Assembly (NCBI GenBank): GCA_016839785.1
Contig: JAEOTQ010000073.1
Coordinates: 1 to 53,279 of the forward strand
Reading direction: 5' to 3'
DNA: 53,279 nucleotides
Origin: Candidatus Hodarchaeota archaeon
Lineage (GTDB): Archaea; Asgardarchaeota; Heimdallarchaeia; Hodarchaeales; Hodarchaeaceae
Both the position numbers and the translations under genes were made by a program. Shown here piece after piece: positions 1 through 9,732 of this stretch. The stretch's first letter is position 1; every line of letters begins with the position of its first letter. The notes beneath the pieces were generated by a model, which saw only the letters and a list, made by a program, of their open reading frames with translations, made no database searches and had not been told where the DNA came from.

Positions 1-792
1 GGATTCAATAACTCCACTTGAGAGAGTAAGTTTGGTTACACTCGTTCCAAATGAGATAAGCCCTACAAAGATTGCGGCGAAGATTAAGGAAAGGGTAAAT
101 AAATCTAGTTCCATTTGTCCAAGGATTATAAATATGAGAGGTAATAAGATCCATTTGAAAGCTTCTCTTAATCCAGAAAGTAAAGTGCTAATTAATTTTA
201 ATGGATTTAGGATTAAATCAACATAATTTATCGTAACTTGACGACCATAGAAGAGAATTAGCTCAAAAAACCCGACAGCTAAGAAAGTTATCACTGCAAT
301 ATCTTTTAGAAAATTTAATTCACTTAGATTCACTAAAAAAAGGAAGAGTATAGACAATTTCCATAGATTTAGGATAATATTACTAATATGGGGAGGTAGA
401 CCAAATACGATTTCTTGGGAAACTTTTCTTGGTGTAATGGAAAACCAGAAAATAAAGGTGAGCACTAGAAAACCCACCATTACCTCATTTAAGGACAGTT
501 GGAAAGAGGATACCAAAGCATCTTTCTGGTTGTAGATAAAATAGGAAAGGGTCCATATCACAAGATAACCAAAAATCCCACCTTCATTTTCCATTTGTCG
601 TTTTTTCCTAGCTTGAATTCTGAGGGTAAACATCAGAAGAAGATTCAATCCCCCGAGAAACACAAATAGATTTGGATCCTCCTGGAGAATACTTATCATT
701 ATCCAGAGAAGGGCGAATAGAACTCCTAACCCAGTCAATCGGGAGGGACGAATATTTGTGGGATCTTGCCACTGAAAACTTGTGTCAGACAT
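1..792 (-). CDS. Multi-pass membrane protein, partial (runs off the left edge; absent from the ORF track)
   Basis: Read by hand: ATG at 792, apparently open to position 1 (MSDTSFQWQDPTNIRPSRLTGLGVLFALLWIMISIL...LSLIFAAIFVGLISFGTSV...), with many hydrophobic helices. Confidence 0.8.
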   Translation of the reverse strand, partial: MSDTSFQWQDPTNIRPSRLTGLGVLFALLWIMISILQEDPNLFVFLGGLNLLLMFTLRIQARKKRQMENEGGIFGYLVIWTLSYFIYNQKDALVSSFQLSLNEVMVGFLVLTFIFWFSITPRKVSQEIVFGLPPHISNIILNLWKLSILFLFLVNLSELNFLKDIAVITFLAVGFFELILFYGRQVTINYVDLILNPLKLISTLLSGLREAFKWILLPLIFIILGQMELDLFTLSLIFAAIFVGLISFGTSVTKLTLSSGVIES

Positions 793-962
793 CTAATCAA
801 CCGTAGGTTTTCTTTTGCATCTGCGATTAATATTTATTCGCTTGCCAGAATAATTCAGGTGTAATCGGTGAAATAAAACACACTCCTTTTATCGGAAGCA
901 AAAGAAATCAACTCGAAGAGCAGTTTTTTTAAGAACTAAGGAAGAAATTAATTTGACTGAAT

Positions 963-1679
963 ATGGCAACAGGAAGCAATCTTTCTGATAATGTTATGTT
1001 GAAATCCTATATTGATGGAACGACTGGACTAGTAGATTATCAGAAATTGAAAAATGATACTTGGTTACATAAGAAAATTGAGGAATGGGAGAAAACGGAT
1101 CTTTCCAATTATTCCAAGCAGGAAAAATACGCTTTTTGGTTAAATGCGTATAATTTATTTACCTTGAAGGGTGTCCTCTTGGAACTCGAGAAGAATCCTA
1201 ATTGGAAGGGGAATACATCATTTTATTCGAAGTTTAAATTTTTCTTCTTACGTAAATTCGTCATTGCAGGAAAGAAGATCAATTTACGAGATTTAGAAAA
1301 TAAAATCTTGCGAGAACAGTTCCAAGATCCTCGACTCCATTTTGCTATAAATTGTGCGAGTTTCAGTTGTCCTTTTTTACCTGGACGTTTATTTCAATCA
1401 GAGACATTAGAGGAATATTTGAATCAATTAACTGTAGATTTCATCAATAATCCAAATAATGTAATGTTTAATGACCAAGAACAAGTACTCAACTTGAGTA
1501 TGATCTTCAAATGGTACAAAAAAGATTTTAGTCGAAGTGGTGGAGTACTTAAATTTATCCAGAAATATCACATATCAATACCTGAACAATTATCTGTGTA
1601 TAAAATTAAGTATTTCAAGTACAACTGGGAACTAAATGAACAAGTACCAGCGAATTCGAGTCTAACAGTTAATGTGTAA
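963..1679 (+). CDS. DUF547 domain protein
   Basis: Family motifs VDY, AFWLNAYN, DPRLHFAINCASFSCP, LSMIFKWYKKDF, YNWELN. Confidence 0.9.
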   Translation: MATGSNLSDNVMLKSYIDGTTGLVDYQKLKNDTWLHKKIEEWEKTDLSNYSKQEKYAFWLNAYNLFTLKGVLLELEKNPNWKGNTSFYSKFKFFFLRKFVIAGKKINLRDLENKILREQFQDPRLHFAINCASFSCPFLPGRLFQSETLEEYLNQLTVDFINNPNNVMFNDQEQVLNLSMIFKWYKKDFSRSGGVLKFIQKYHISIPEQLSVYKIKYFKYNWELNEQVPANSSLTVNV

Positions 1680-1709
1680 TGATATTTGAATTAAAAAAAG
1701 AGTATGATA

Positions 1710-1734
1710 ATTAATGAGTTAAATACTCATTAAT
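1710..1734. terminator. Perfect 10-bp inverted repeat ATTAATGAGT-N5-ACTCATTAAT; terminator or protein-binding site
   Basis: Seen directly about 30 nt downstream of the DUF547 stop; an A-tract at 1693-1699 gives a U-tract on the minus strand. Confidence 0.4.
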
Positions 1735-1892
1735 CATCGGTTGCAACAACATCGATATCTACTGCAGGATCTAAAGCATCCACTCCAAAGAATGTCAACT
1801 TAAGAATACTAGTTTTATATTCAAAATTACTGAATTTCACCTTTATAGTTAAACTCTTGAAAATTGATAACTAATATTTTGAACTTTACCTC

Positions 1893-2819
1893 ATGGAATC
1901 AATTAAGCTGGTTCAATTGATGGAACTCAGAAGCATTACTGATAATATCTGGTTTATCCCCAATGTAGTTAATATCGGTGTGATTAGGGACACGGATAAT
2001 TCTGTTATCTTGATAGACACAGGTATCGATAGGGGTATAGGTAAAAAGATACTTAATCTCTTATCCATGGAGAAATTATCTCTTAAGGCTATTATTAATA
2101 CTCATTCTCACGCGGATCATTGTGGCGGGAATAAATACTTACAGGATACTACAGACGTGACAATTTATGCGCCTGTGATTGAAGATGCCATTATTAGTCA
2201 TCCATACCTAGAACCCTTGTACTTATTTTCTGGTGCCGCCCCAATAGAAGATTTACAGAACAAATTTTTAATGGCAAAGCCCTCGAAAGTGGATCGTGTT
2301 ATTGAAAATCATGAGCGAAGCTTGAAATTTGAGAATGCAGAGTTAAATATTCTTCCTTTGCCTGGACATGCATTAAATCAAATAGGTATCGAATTCGATT
2401 CAGTGTGCTTTTGTGCGGATAGTATCTTTTCCGAAGAAGTATTGGAAAAACATAAAGTGCCCTTCTTTACTGATATTAAGAAAACATTAGAGACCCTTAA
2501 CTACTTACTTTCGACTCATTTTTCGTTTTATGTTCCAGCACATGCAGATCCAAGTCCGAATATTTCAAAAGTTGTTAAAGCGAATATCAATAGTATAAAG
2601 AGGATTGAAAAATTCATCTTTGGCATTCTTACACAACCTATGACTACGGATCAAGTGATAAAAAGTACGGCTGATCATTTTCAACTGGCATTGACACGAG
2701 TAAATCAGTACTTTCTATTAAAAACTCCAATACTAGCTTATCTGAGTTATCTGAGGTATCAAAAAATGATCGAAGTCAAGCTGTTATCAAATGAATTGGT
2801 TTGGTGTAGAGCTAACTGA
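1893..2819 (+). CDS. MBL-fold metallo-hydrolase (glyoxalase II-like) with C-terminal helical domain
   Basis: LIDTG, THSHADHCGG, LPGH, ADS, PAH motifs; true start may be ATG 1920. Confidence 0.9.
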   Translation: MESIKLVQLMELRSITDNIWFIPNVVNIGVIRDTDNSVILIDTGIDRGIGKKILNLLSMEKLSLKAIINTHSHADHCGGNKYLQDTTDVTIYAPVIEDAIISHPYLEPLYLFSGAAPIEDLQNKFLMAKPSKVDRVIENHERSLKFENAELNILPLPGHALNQIGIEFDSVCFCADSIFSEEVLEKHKVPFFTDIKKTLETLNYLLSTHFSFYVPAHADPSPNISKVVKANINSIKRIEKFIFGILTQPMTTDQVIKSTADHFQLALTRVNQYFLLKTPILAYLSYLRYQKMIEVKLLSNELVWCRAN

Positions 2820-2902
2820 GGGTTATAAAGCAGATACCAATAGGGTGTAACTCTCTTAGAATTCAATTGTGAAAGAAGGTTCATGTTGGACAGTGGAAGA
2901 AT

Positions 2903-3376
2903 TTGGATAATACTAGTTCAGAGTACGAGACTCGGCTTAAGGAATATGTTGAAGCTCAAAATATCAAAGCAGAACATTTAGTGTATAAAGAATCTCTCCA
3001 TACTGTTGCTGACGCTGTTAGAGTGTCTGGAATAGGTATTGAGCTAATTGCTAAGACAATCGTCATGGTTGGTCAAGATGGTAAAACAATAGTTGCATTT
3101 GTTCCTGGAAAATCACGCGCTAGTACTAAAAGGGTCGGTAAACTACTAAATCAAGCACCTCCAAACATTGCCTCCGCAGAAGAAGCTCTAGAACTAACTG
3201 GTTATCCTATAGGGGGTACACCGTTCATCGGTTATCCTGCAATTAGAGTTGTGGATAAAAAAATCTTAGAAGTGGAAGCAGTTTATTCAGGTGGGGGATC
3301 TGATAGATCTCTATTGAAATTATGGACAAGTGAAATCGAAAAATTTGACACTAAAATCGCCCGAATAAGGAAATAA
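2903..3376 (+). CDS. YbaK/EbsC-family aminoacyl-tRNA deacylase (trans-editing)
   Basis: IAKTIV (conserved Lys), TGYPIGGTP, VYSGGG; TTG start. Confidence 0.88.
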   Translation: MDNTSSEYETRLKEYVEAQNIKAEHLVYKESLHTVADAVRVSGIGIELIAKTIVMVGQDGKTIVAFVPGKSRASTKRVGKLLNQAPPNIASAEEALELTGYPIGGTPFIGYPAIRVVDKKILEVEAVYSGGGSDRSLLKLWTSEIEKFDTKIARIRK

Positions 3377-3388
3377 AAGAGCTTTTTA

Positions 3389-4138
3389 ATGGGAATACGC
3401 ATGGAACTAGATTTAACATCGCTAAAGTTAGGTCTACGATTGATGTCTCCTATTATTCCCTCTATGATAATTTTTGGATTAATATTTGGATTTACTGGAG
3501 GAAATGCTGACTTACCATTACTTTTAGTCTCATCAACCTCATTCATTATATTCGCTGGTACAGCTCAGTTTTTCGTGATATTAGCAATTATTCAAAATGA
3601 TCCATTAGTGACAATAATTGTTACAGCTATTATTATTAACATTCGACACCTGTTGTATGGTGCAGCTCTACATCATGACATTAAAGCAAAAGGATTGAAG
3701 AAAATTTTAGTTTCTTATCTTCTCACTGACGAAGTATTCATTGTAGCATCGGAAATAAAGAAGAAAATCCGGGTGAATGAACTGGATGAAAATAGTGTAA
3801 AATTTGAAGATATGTTGATAGGAGCGGGATTTTTTGCTTGGTCTGTTTGGAACGTTTGTACAATTCTAGGACATCTTTTTTCTGGTTTACTTGTTGGAGT
3901 ATTTACATTTTCTTCGGAATTTATTGTTGCTGGAACATTTCTTGGTTATCTGGTCATACAGTGGAAAGATTATCCCTCTGATAGATTGTTTATTCTAGAA
4001 ATAATTGTTGTGGGCTTTATCCTCAGTTTTTGGTTTCGAAGTAGTACTCTTTTAATTGGAATTCTGTTAATTGGTGCCTTCTTAGCGATGGTTGAACAAT
4101 ATAGAGAGAATCAAAGAATAAGTAAAGGTGTTACGTAA
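3389..4138 (+). CDS. azlC: AzlC-family branched-chain amino acid exporter, large subunit
   Basis: FAGTAQF, NIRHLLYGA, LTDEVF signature motifs; hydrophobic helices. Confidence 0.9.
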   Translation: MGIRMELDLTSLKLGLRLMSPIIPSMIIFGLIFGFTGGNADLPLLLVSSTSFIIFAGTAQFFVILAIIQNDPLVTIIVTAIIINIRHLLYGAALHHDIKAKGLKKILVSYLLTDEVFIVASEIKKKIRVNELDENSVKFEDMLIGAGFFAWSVWNVCTILGHLFSGLLVGVFTFSSEFIVAGTFLGYLVIQWKDYPSDRLFILEIIVVGFILSFWFRSSTLLIGILLIGAFLAMVEQYRENQRISKGVT

Positions 4139-4139
4139 T

Positions 4140-4469
4140 ATGGATATTACTCAAATCACGGTTTTTGTCCCAGTTTTCACTATTATCGGATTAATAACAT
4201 TTTTTTTGAGAGCATTATTCTTGTATATTCTTCCTGAGATTATGGAGAATTCAATAATTAAACAAGGATTGCAAAGTGTTTCAAATTCTCTCCTAGTTGC
4301 ATTAGTAGTTCCATTCACTTTTTTCATAGCTGGAGTATTCTCTCCATGGCGTATAGAAGTTTTAGCATTAATTGTTGTAGTTCCGATTATATGGATCACC
4401 AAAAAACCCGGATTTAGTATAATTTTGGCCCTCGGAATATTCTTAGGATTAGATTTTATTTTCATTTAG
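4140..4469 (+). CDS. azlD: AzlD-family small subunit
   Basis: Small hydrophobic protein directly after azlC with GLITFFLRALF; SD AGGTG precedes ATG 4140 (the ORF-track GTG 4128 lies in the SD). Confidence 0.8.
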   Translation: MDITQITVFVPVFTIIGLITFFLRALFLYILPEIMENSIIKQGLQSVSNSLLVALVVPFTFFIAGVFSPWRIEVLALIVVVPIIWITKKPGFSIILALGIFLGLDFIFI

Positions 4470-4500
4470 TAGATTAGAAATAATATAGTTGAGTGCATGA

Positions 4501-5664
4501 ATGGTGGATAAAGATCCAAGGAGAATGTTAAAATTTCTCTTTCTTTCTGACACTCACTTTGGGGTCCATTATGCTGTCAATCCCCGAAATAAAATTCGTT
4601 ATCAGTATGGGAGTCAATTTTTTAATAAAGTAGATGAGATTTTCCGTCACACAATAAGAGAAAGAAAAGTGGATTTTATTTTACATGGGGGAGATTTCTT
4701 CAATCGCTCAAAACCTCCTCCAGATGTTGTTAAGAGATCTACCTCTTTACTCTTATGGGCATCAAAGTATGTCCCGATTTATCTCATTCCAGGCAACCAT
4801 GAACGCAGTAAGTTACCATTAGGTTTATTGGAATATCAGGAGAATATTCATATTTTTTCTAAACCCTGTTCCTTTATTTATGAGAAAGATGCTATAAGAA
4901 TTAAATTAACTGGTTTTCCATATATAAGGCATCATGGTCGGAAAAAGATTAAATCTGTGATTAGATCTGCTTGGAAGAATGAAATCGATAGCGTTCATGA
5001 ACGTTCTCATTATAACATATTGTTGATGCACCAATTGATACAAGGATCGCGAGTCGAACACTACACATTCAATAGGGGACATAACGTAATTAGGAGCAGC
5101 GATATTCCTCCATTGTTCCATTTGGTCGCTACTGGTCATGTTCATCGCTATCAAATCCTATATGGAAATTACCCTAGAATTAATTCCTCTCATTCACGCC
5201 ATAGAATCGTACAAGACGTCACTAGTGGAAAATGGTCATTTACCCCATCTAAAACTGAAAGGGTGTTTTATTACACTAATCCAATTATATGCTATTCTGG
5301 ATCAACTGAACGTGTTTCACAGATGGAACGAAAAGAGGATAAAGGATATGTCATAGGAAAAATATGGATTGAGGAAAAAACTAAGAGAACTTCAGTGAAT
5401 ATGGATTTAAATTTCATTCCTGTACCCGCGACAGAAATGAGATATTTAAAATGGAATCTTGACCAGAAACCACTCTATAAATCCATTAGAGATCTCCAGA
5501 TGACCATTCAAGAGATGAGAGAGATTAACCCAACTTCACCACTTGCTGGAGTGGTCCATGTTTCTATTACAAATGCTGATACTTCTCACTATTCAAGGAT
5601 CTCTCATTTAAAAAAATTTGCTGAAGAGAACTCGGTACTCTTAACTATTAGAATAAAGGATTGA
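4501..5664 (+). CDS. SbcD/Mre11-like metallophosphoesterase nuclease
   Basis: SDTHFG, GGDFF, PGNHE, LLMHQ, GHVH, YSGSTER and E..E.KGY motifs. Confidence 0.85.
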   Translation: MVDKDPRRMLKFLFLSDTHFGVHYAVNPRNKIRYQYGSQFFNKVDEIFRHTIRERKVDFILHGGDFFNRSKPPPDVVKRSTSLLLWASKYVPIYLIPGNHERSKLPLGLLEYQENIHIFSKPCSFIYEKDAIRIKLTGFPYIRHHGRKKIKSVIRSAWKNEIDSVHERSHYNILLMHQLIQGSRVEHYTFNRGHNVIRSSDIPPLFHLVATGHVHRYQILYGNYPRINSSHSRHRIVQDVTSGKWSFTPSKTERVFYYTNPIICYSGSTERVSQMERKEDKGYVIGKIWIEEKTKRTSVNMDLNFIPVPATEMRYLKWNLDQKPLYKSIRDLQMTIQEMREINPTSPLAGVVHVSITNADTSHYSRISHLKKFAEENSVLLTIRIKD

Positions 5665-5711
5665 GAAGGAAAAAGAATTTCCTACTCCCAGAAATTAGAA
5701 TTGGAGGAGGA

Positions 5712-6830
5712 CTACATTAAATCTGAAGGATCTACTTGACGATTCGTGGCTTTTTGAGTCATCCAATCCATGAAATCTGAGGGAGGAATAGTTTTTTCAT
5801 TCGCTGGCCTTTCTACAAGTGTCAAAGCATCTTCAGGGCAGACTATTGCGCAAACTCCACATCCGACACATTTTTGGACATCTATAACCAGCATATCGTC
5901 GGGTACATCAAGAGCGTGAAATTGACAGCGATCTACACAGGTTTCACAACCTACGCAGAGTTCTTCATCCACAGACATAACGAAATTAGCATTCAGAAAA
6001 GCTAAGGGTTGATCACGTTCTGTTAAACCTCTTAATACTCCACAACAACAAGAACAGCAATTACAGATATAATAATGACCGGTTTGGATATTCATGGAAC
6101 AATGAATCAGTCCATCTTCTTCTGCTGTTCTTAAGTACTCCAGGGCTTGTTCCTTTGATATTGGATCTGTGAATTTGCTATCATCAAATGCATTTTCTTT
6201 ATGGGAAAAGGGTAGACAGACAGTTTTATTTGAGGTAACTTTGCAAGGGTCATTAACAAGATCTTTCTGCATTTTACATATGCATTCTCTTACACCCCAA
6301 CTCTTAGCATTCTTAATCATATCTTCAGCGGTCTCATATGGGTAAATTTCCAACTCTGGTTTTATCACACGATTAATGGGTACCACTCTGAAAATAGAAG
6401 GTTCAGTGTCAAACATATTATTTGGAAGAGATTTCTTAAAATATTCTTCGATTAGAAGGGCAAAGTCCTCGTCCATACGTTTCCATTGCTCCTCATATAT
6501 TCCCACCGCAAATGGCATCAATCCATACCGTCGTCCTGTGCTAGTATTATAAACCGTGATTTGCCCTTTGTCATGCATAATCTCAAGTTTCTCTTTTAAT
6601 CCTTCAATTGGAATTTCCAATCTTTCTGCTAGCTCTTCGACTGTTTCTCCTCGTAATTTCATCTTACTAGTGAGATCAGCTTCCTCCTCGGAAAAGATCC
6701 ATTGTAAGACACGTAAATAAGTATCATCAGAGGTTTTTGCGTACCCGTTGGGGATTTTTTCAAGAGTTGCAGCAAGTTCCTCATATGCTTTTGGTATTGA
6801 ATCGGTTGCTTCCGTCATTTGTTCGACCAT
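5712..6830 (-). CDS. 4Fe-4S dicluster protein with N-terminal HTH-like region and Cys-rich middle domain
   Basis: CVGCETCVDRC and CVGCGVCAIVCP ferredoxin motifs, plus CICK..C..C and ICNCCSCCCG. Confidence 0.88.
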   Translation of the reverse strand: MVEQMTEATDSIPKAYEELAATLEKIPNGYAKTSDDTYLRVLQWIFSEEEADLTSKMKLRGETVEELAERLEIPIEGLKEKLEIMHDKGQITVYNTSTGRRYGLMPFAVGIYEEQWKRMDEDFALLIEEYFKKSLPNNMFDTEPSIFRVVPINRVIKPELEIYPYETAEDMIKNAKSWGVRECICKMQKDLVNDPCKVTSNKTVCLPFSHKENAFDDSKFTDPISKEQALEYLRTAEEDGLIHCSMNIQTGHYYICNCCSCCCGVLRGLTERDQPLAFLNANFVMSVDEELCVGCETCVDRCQFHALDVPDDMLVIDVQKCVGCGVCAIVCPEDALTLVERPANEKTIPPSDFMDWMTQKATNRQVDPSDLM

Positions 6831-6956
6831 CCTATGTGCTAATAATTCCCATAATTGTCTTTTTTATATGTTCTTCCTACTAAAATATTGTTAAGTCTGT
6901 CTCTTTTTTCTTAGTCTTCTAACACCTACTAGCAAACTCAACATTTTCTGCGTGAC

Positions 6957-7307
6957 TTATGAGAGATTGAGCTTGGTTTCGAGACTATAATTATCAGGAA
7001 GTAAATAGACCTCTCGGAATATTTTTTCGAGAATAAGGCTTCCTTGTTCAGGAGTAGCCTGCCCTTGATACGCCTGTTCCATCTCTTCAAAGAGGACAAA
7101 GATCCTAGTAAGATTTTTTCGTTCCAAGCTATCCAAGGAAATTTTGGGAAGGTCAATGATGACTAAACGATCACCTTTAGTACCTGCTGCTTGGATGAAT
7201 TTTTTAGTTGATATTTCACTAAAGATGACGATATTATTATCTCCCCCCTCGTAAATCAGTGCCTCTAAGTACATTTGGAAGATTTTCTTTCTCTCATTTT
7301 TACGCAT
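6957..7307 (-). CDS. Hypothetical protein (possibly YbjN/TY-Chap-like)
   Basis: Globular composition; SD AGGTG before ATG 7307 (ORF-track start 7343). The family guess is weak. Confidence 0.6.
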   Translation of the reverse strand: MRKNERKKIFQMYLEALIYEGGDNNIVIFSEISTKKFIQAAGTKGDRLVIIDLPKISLDSLERKNLTRIFVLFEEMEQAYQGQATPEQGSLILEKIFREVYLLPDNYSLETKLNLS

Positions 7308-7428
7308 CAGAAATTCTACACCTAGATGTAAATACTTGTACAATCGGTTATATCGTCTAGAAAATTAAAAGTATTCTTAAATCAAAATTTCCCAATTTCT
7401 AGTTAAGGAAAATTTGGAGTTCATCGCA

Positions 7429-8298
7429 ATGGATATTGATCTTTCTTCGCACAGTTATATTTCTACTCCTGAAATTGATATTACAATTAAACTAGCCTTA
7501 AAACTTAATCGACCAATTTTGATAGAAGGCCCTGCAGGTACAGGAAAAACTAGTATAGCTATTTCACTTGCTGAAGCACTAAATTGGTCTTTATATCGTA
7601 TTCAGTGTTATGAAGGGATTACGGTTGAAAGCGTTATCGGAGAGTTTGATTATCGGAGACAACTACTTCATATTGAATTGGAAAGACAGAAACCTCATAA
7701 TCCAATGAATGCTGAAATGGATCTTGAGAATATATTTTCTAGGGACTTTTTCATTGAACGTCCTTTATTCCTCTCATTTATTTCAAATCAGCCAAATGTT
7801 CTACTTATTGATGAAATAGATAAATCTGATGAAGAATTTGAAGCTTTTCTATTGGAAGCTCTAGGTGAGCGACAAATTTCAATTCCTGAACTTGGAACTT
7901 TCAAAGCAGACAATCATGATCAGGTTGTGATTCTCACTAGTAATTCCAGTCGGGATCTTAGTGAACCCCTCCGCCGACGTTGTTTATATCTCTATGTAGA
8001 TTTTCCTTCTTTGGAACGAGAAAAAGAAATTCTATCTATTCACACAGATCTGCCCTTAGATTCTCCTTTATTGACAAGCGTAACCAAGATTGTCCAGCAT
8101 CTTAGATCCCTAGATTTACGAAAAGCCCCTTCAATAGCTGAAACTATTGATTGGGCTAATTCTCTTATTCATCTTAGCAAAACCCAGATTGACCAACAAG
8201 TTCTAAAGACAACTCTCCCTGTATTGTTAAAATATCAAGAAGATCTTCTTCTGATCAAAAATAAGCATAGTGAGCTGATCAGATTAAGTAATATGTGA
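7429..8298 (+). CDS. MoxR-family AAA+ ATPase (CoxD-like)
   Basis: Walker A GPAGTGKT, RIQCYEG, Walker B LLIDEIDK, EFEAFLLE, LTSN, LRRRCLY, PSIAETIDW. Confidence 0.93.
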   Translation: MDIDLSSHSYISTPEIDITIKLALKLNRPILIEGPAGTGKTSIAISLAEALNWSLYRIQCYEGITVESVIGEFDYRRQLLHIELERQKPHNPMNAEMDLENIFSRDFFIERPLFLSFISNQPNVLLIDEIDKSDEEFEAFLLEALGERQISIPELGTFKADNHDQVVILTSNSSRDLSEPLRRRCLYLYVDFPSLEREKEILSIHTDLPLDSPLLTSVTKIVQHLRSLDLRKAPSIAETIDWANSLIHLSKTQIDQQVLKTTLPVLLKYQEDLLLIKNKHSELIRLSNM

Positions 8299-8305
8299 GT
8301 TACAG

Positions 8306-9727
8306 ATGTCTGTTATCCTAAATTTCGTAGAATCACTCAGATTTTTTGGTTTACCCATATCCCCATCTGAAACCATAACAGCTCAACAAGCTTATGAATA
8401 TTTAGGCGCTGTGAACAAAAAAACATTACGTATTGGTTTGAAAACAGCAATCCTGAAACGACATGAGGATTTTAATATTTTCGATACCTGTTTTGACCAA
8501 TTCTTTGAGACTAAGAGTTCAAAGTTAAAGGAAAAGGATAAGCCGCTTTCAACAGAATCTGAATTATTTCTAAAATCAGTTAATCGATCAGTAAATAGTA
8601 ATGATGCTGGGGTGGCAGAGTTCTTAGTTAATGATCAGATGAATGAAGCGGTTCAATCTGCAATGATGATAACACCTACTGGTGGGGGTACTACTGGAGG
8701 GCAATCATCTAATCAAGAACTTAGGGACTTGCAACAACGACTATCTCGTGCACTCTATCGTGCTTTCAACCTGGAAGTACCGATTCGTGGATTGACACCC
8801 GCTCAACGCATGGAACTTAATCCAGAAATTGTAAGAATCGGGTTTAATCTCTATCAGCTTTTCAACGAAATTGAACAAAGCACCAGAACAGAAACTCAGA
8901 ATGATACTGTTCAAGAAAGAATTTTCTCTGAAAAACCTGAAGATCTCTATCAGCTTGATCAGTTTTTAACTCAGGACTTAACGACGGTTTCTGCGACCAT
9001 GGGCAATATCAAAGAACATCTTCTAGAAATTGGAAAGATTTTAGCCTCCCGAGAGCGTCGTAGACGAAGACAAGCGAAATATGGGAAATTAGACTTTAGG
9101 AGAACAATAAGAAAGAATCTCAAAAATAATGGCATCATGTTAGAACTCGTCCAAAGGCATAAGAGGATTGAAGATCCTGAAATAATTATCCTCAATGATG
9201 TTTCGGGTTCCACACGTTGGGTGGCAGATTGGTTCTTTGTGATTTGTTATACTGCTCAACAGGTCTATAAGAAGATTAGAGTCTTTGAATTCGATAATAC
9301 AATGGTTGAGGTGTCTTCCGCATTAAATCGAAAAACGATCGATCGGGCGATGAAAGAGAGGAGCATTTGTTGGGAGAAACCATTAAGGAGACGAAGAATA
9401 CACTCTGATTATCAAGATAGTTTTGAAGACTTCTTTAGTCTTTTAAAACATCGTCCTCTAAATAAGAGAACTTCAATTCTAATCTTGGGTGATTGTCGTG
9501 ATTTTGAAGGTATGTGGAGGCATGATCATCCTATTAGTAGTGAATATGTTCAAAAAATGGTTAATAATACAAAAGGAGTATTTATTTTAAATCCAGAGAG
9601 TAAGAACCTTTGGGATGCGGGAGATTCCGTAGTAAAGTATTTTACATATGTGGGTGCACAAGTGTTTCATGTAGCTACCTTACGAGACTTATTAGACTTC
9701 GTATTTCAGTTGAAAATTCACACATGA
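8306..9727 (+). CDS. VWA-domain protein, CoxE-like MoxR partner
   Basis: GKLDFRRTIR, MIDAS DVSGS, ILGD, ILNPE..W..GDS; 7 nt after the MoxR gene. Confidence 0.9.
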   Translation: MSVILNFVESLRFFGLPISPSETITAQQAYEYLGAVNKKTLRIGLKTAILKRHEDFNIFDTCFDQFFETKSSKLKEKDKPLSTESELFLKSVNRSVNSNDAGVAEFLVNDQMNEAVQSAMMITPTGGGTTGGQSSNQELRDLQQRLSRALYRAFNLEVPIRGLTPAQRMELNPEIVRIGFNLYQLFNEIEQSTRTETQNDTVQERIFSEKPEDLYQLDQFLTQDLTTVSATMGNIKEHLLEIGKILASRERRRRRQAKYGKLDFRRTIRKNLKNNGIMLELVQRHKRIEDPEIIILNDVSGSTRWVADWFFVICYTAQQVYKKIRVFEFDNTMVEVSSALNRKTIDRAMKERSICWEKPLRRRRIHSDYQDSFEDFFSLLKHRPLNKRTSILILGDCRDFEGMWRHDHPISSEYVQKMVNNTKGVFILNPESKNLWDAGDSVVKYFTYVGAQVFHVATLRDLLDFVFQLKIHT

Positions 9728-9732
9728 AGTTA

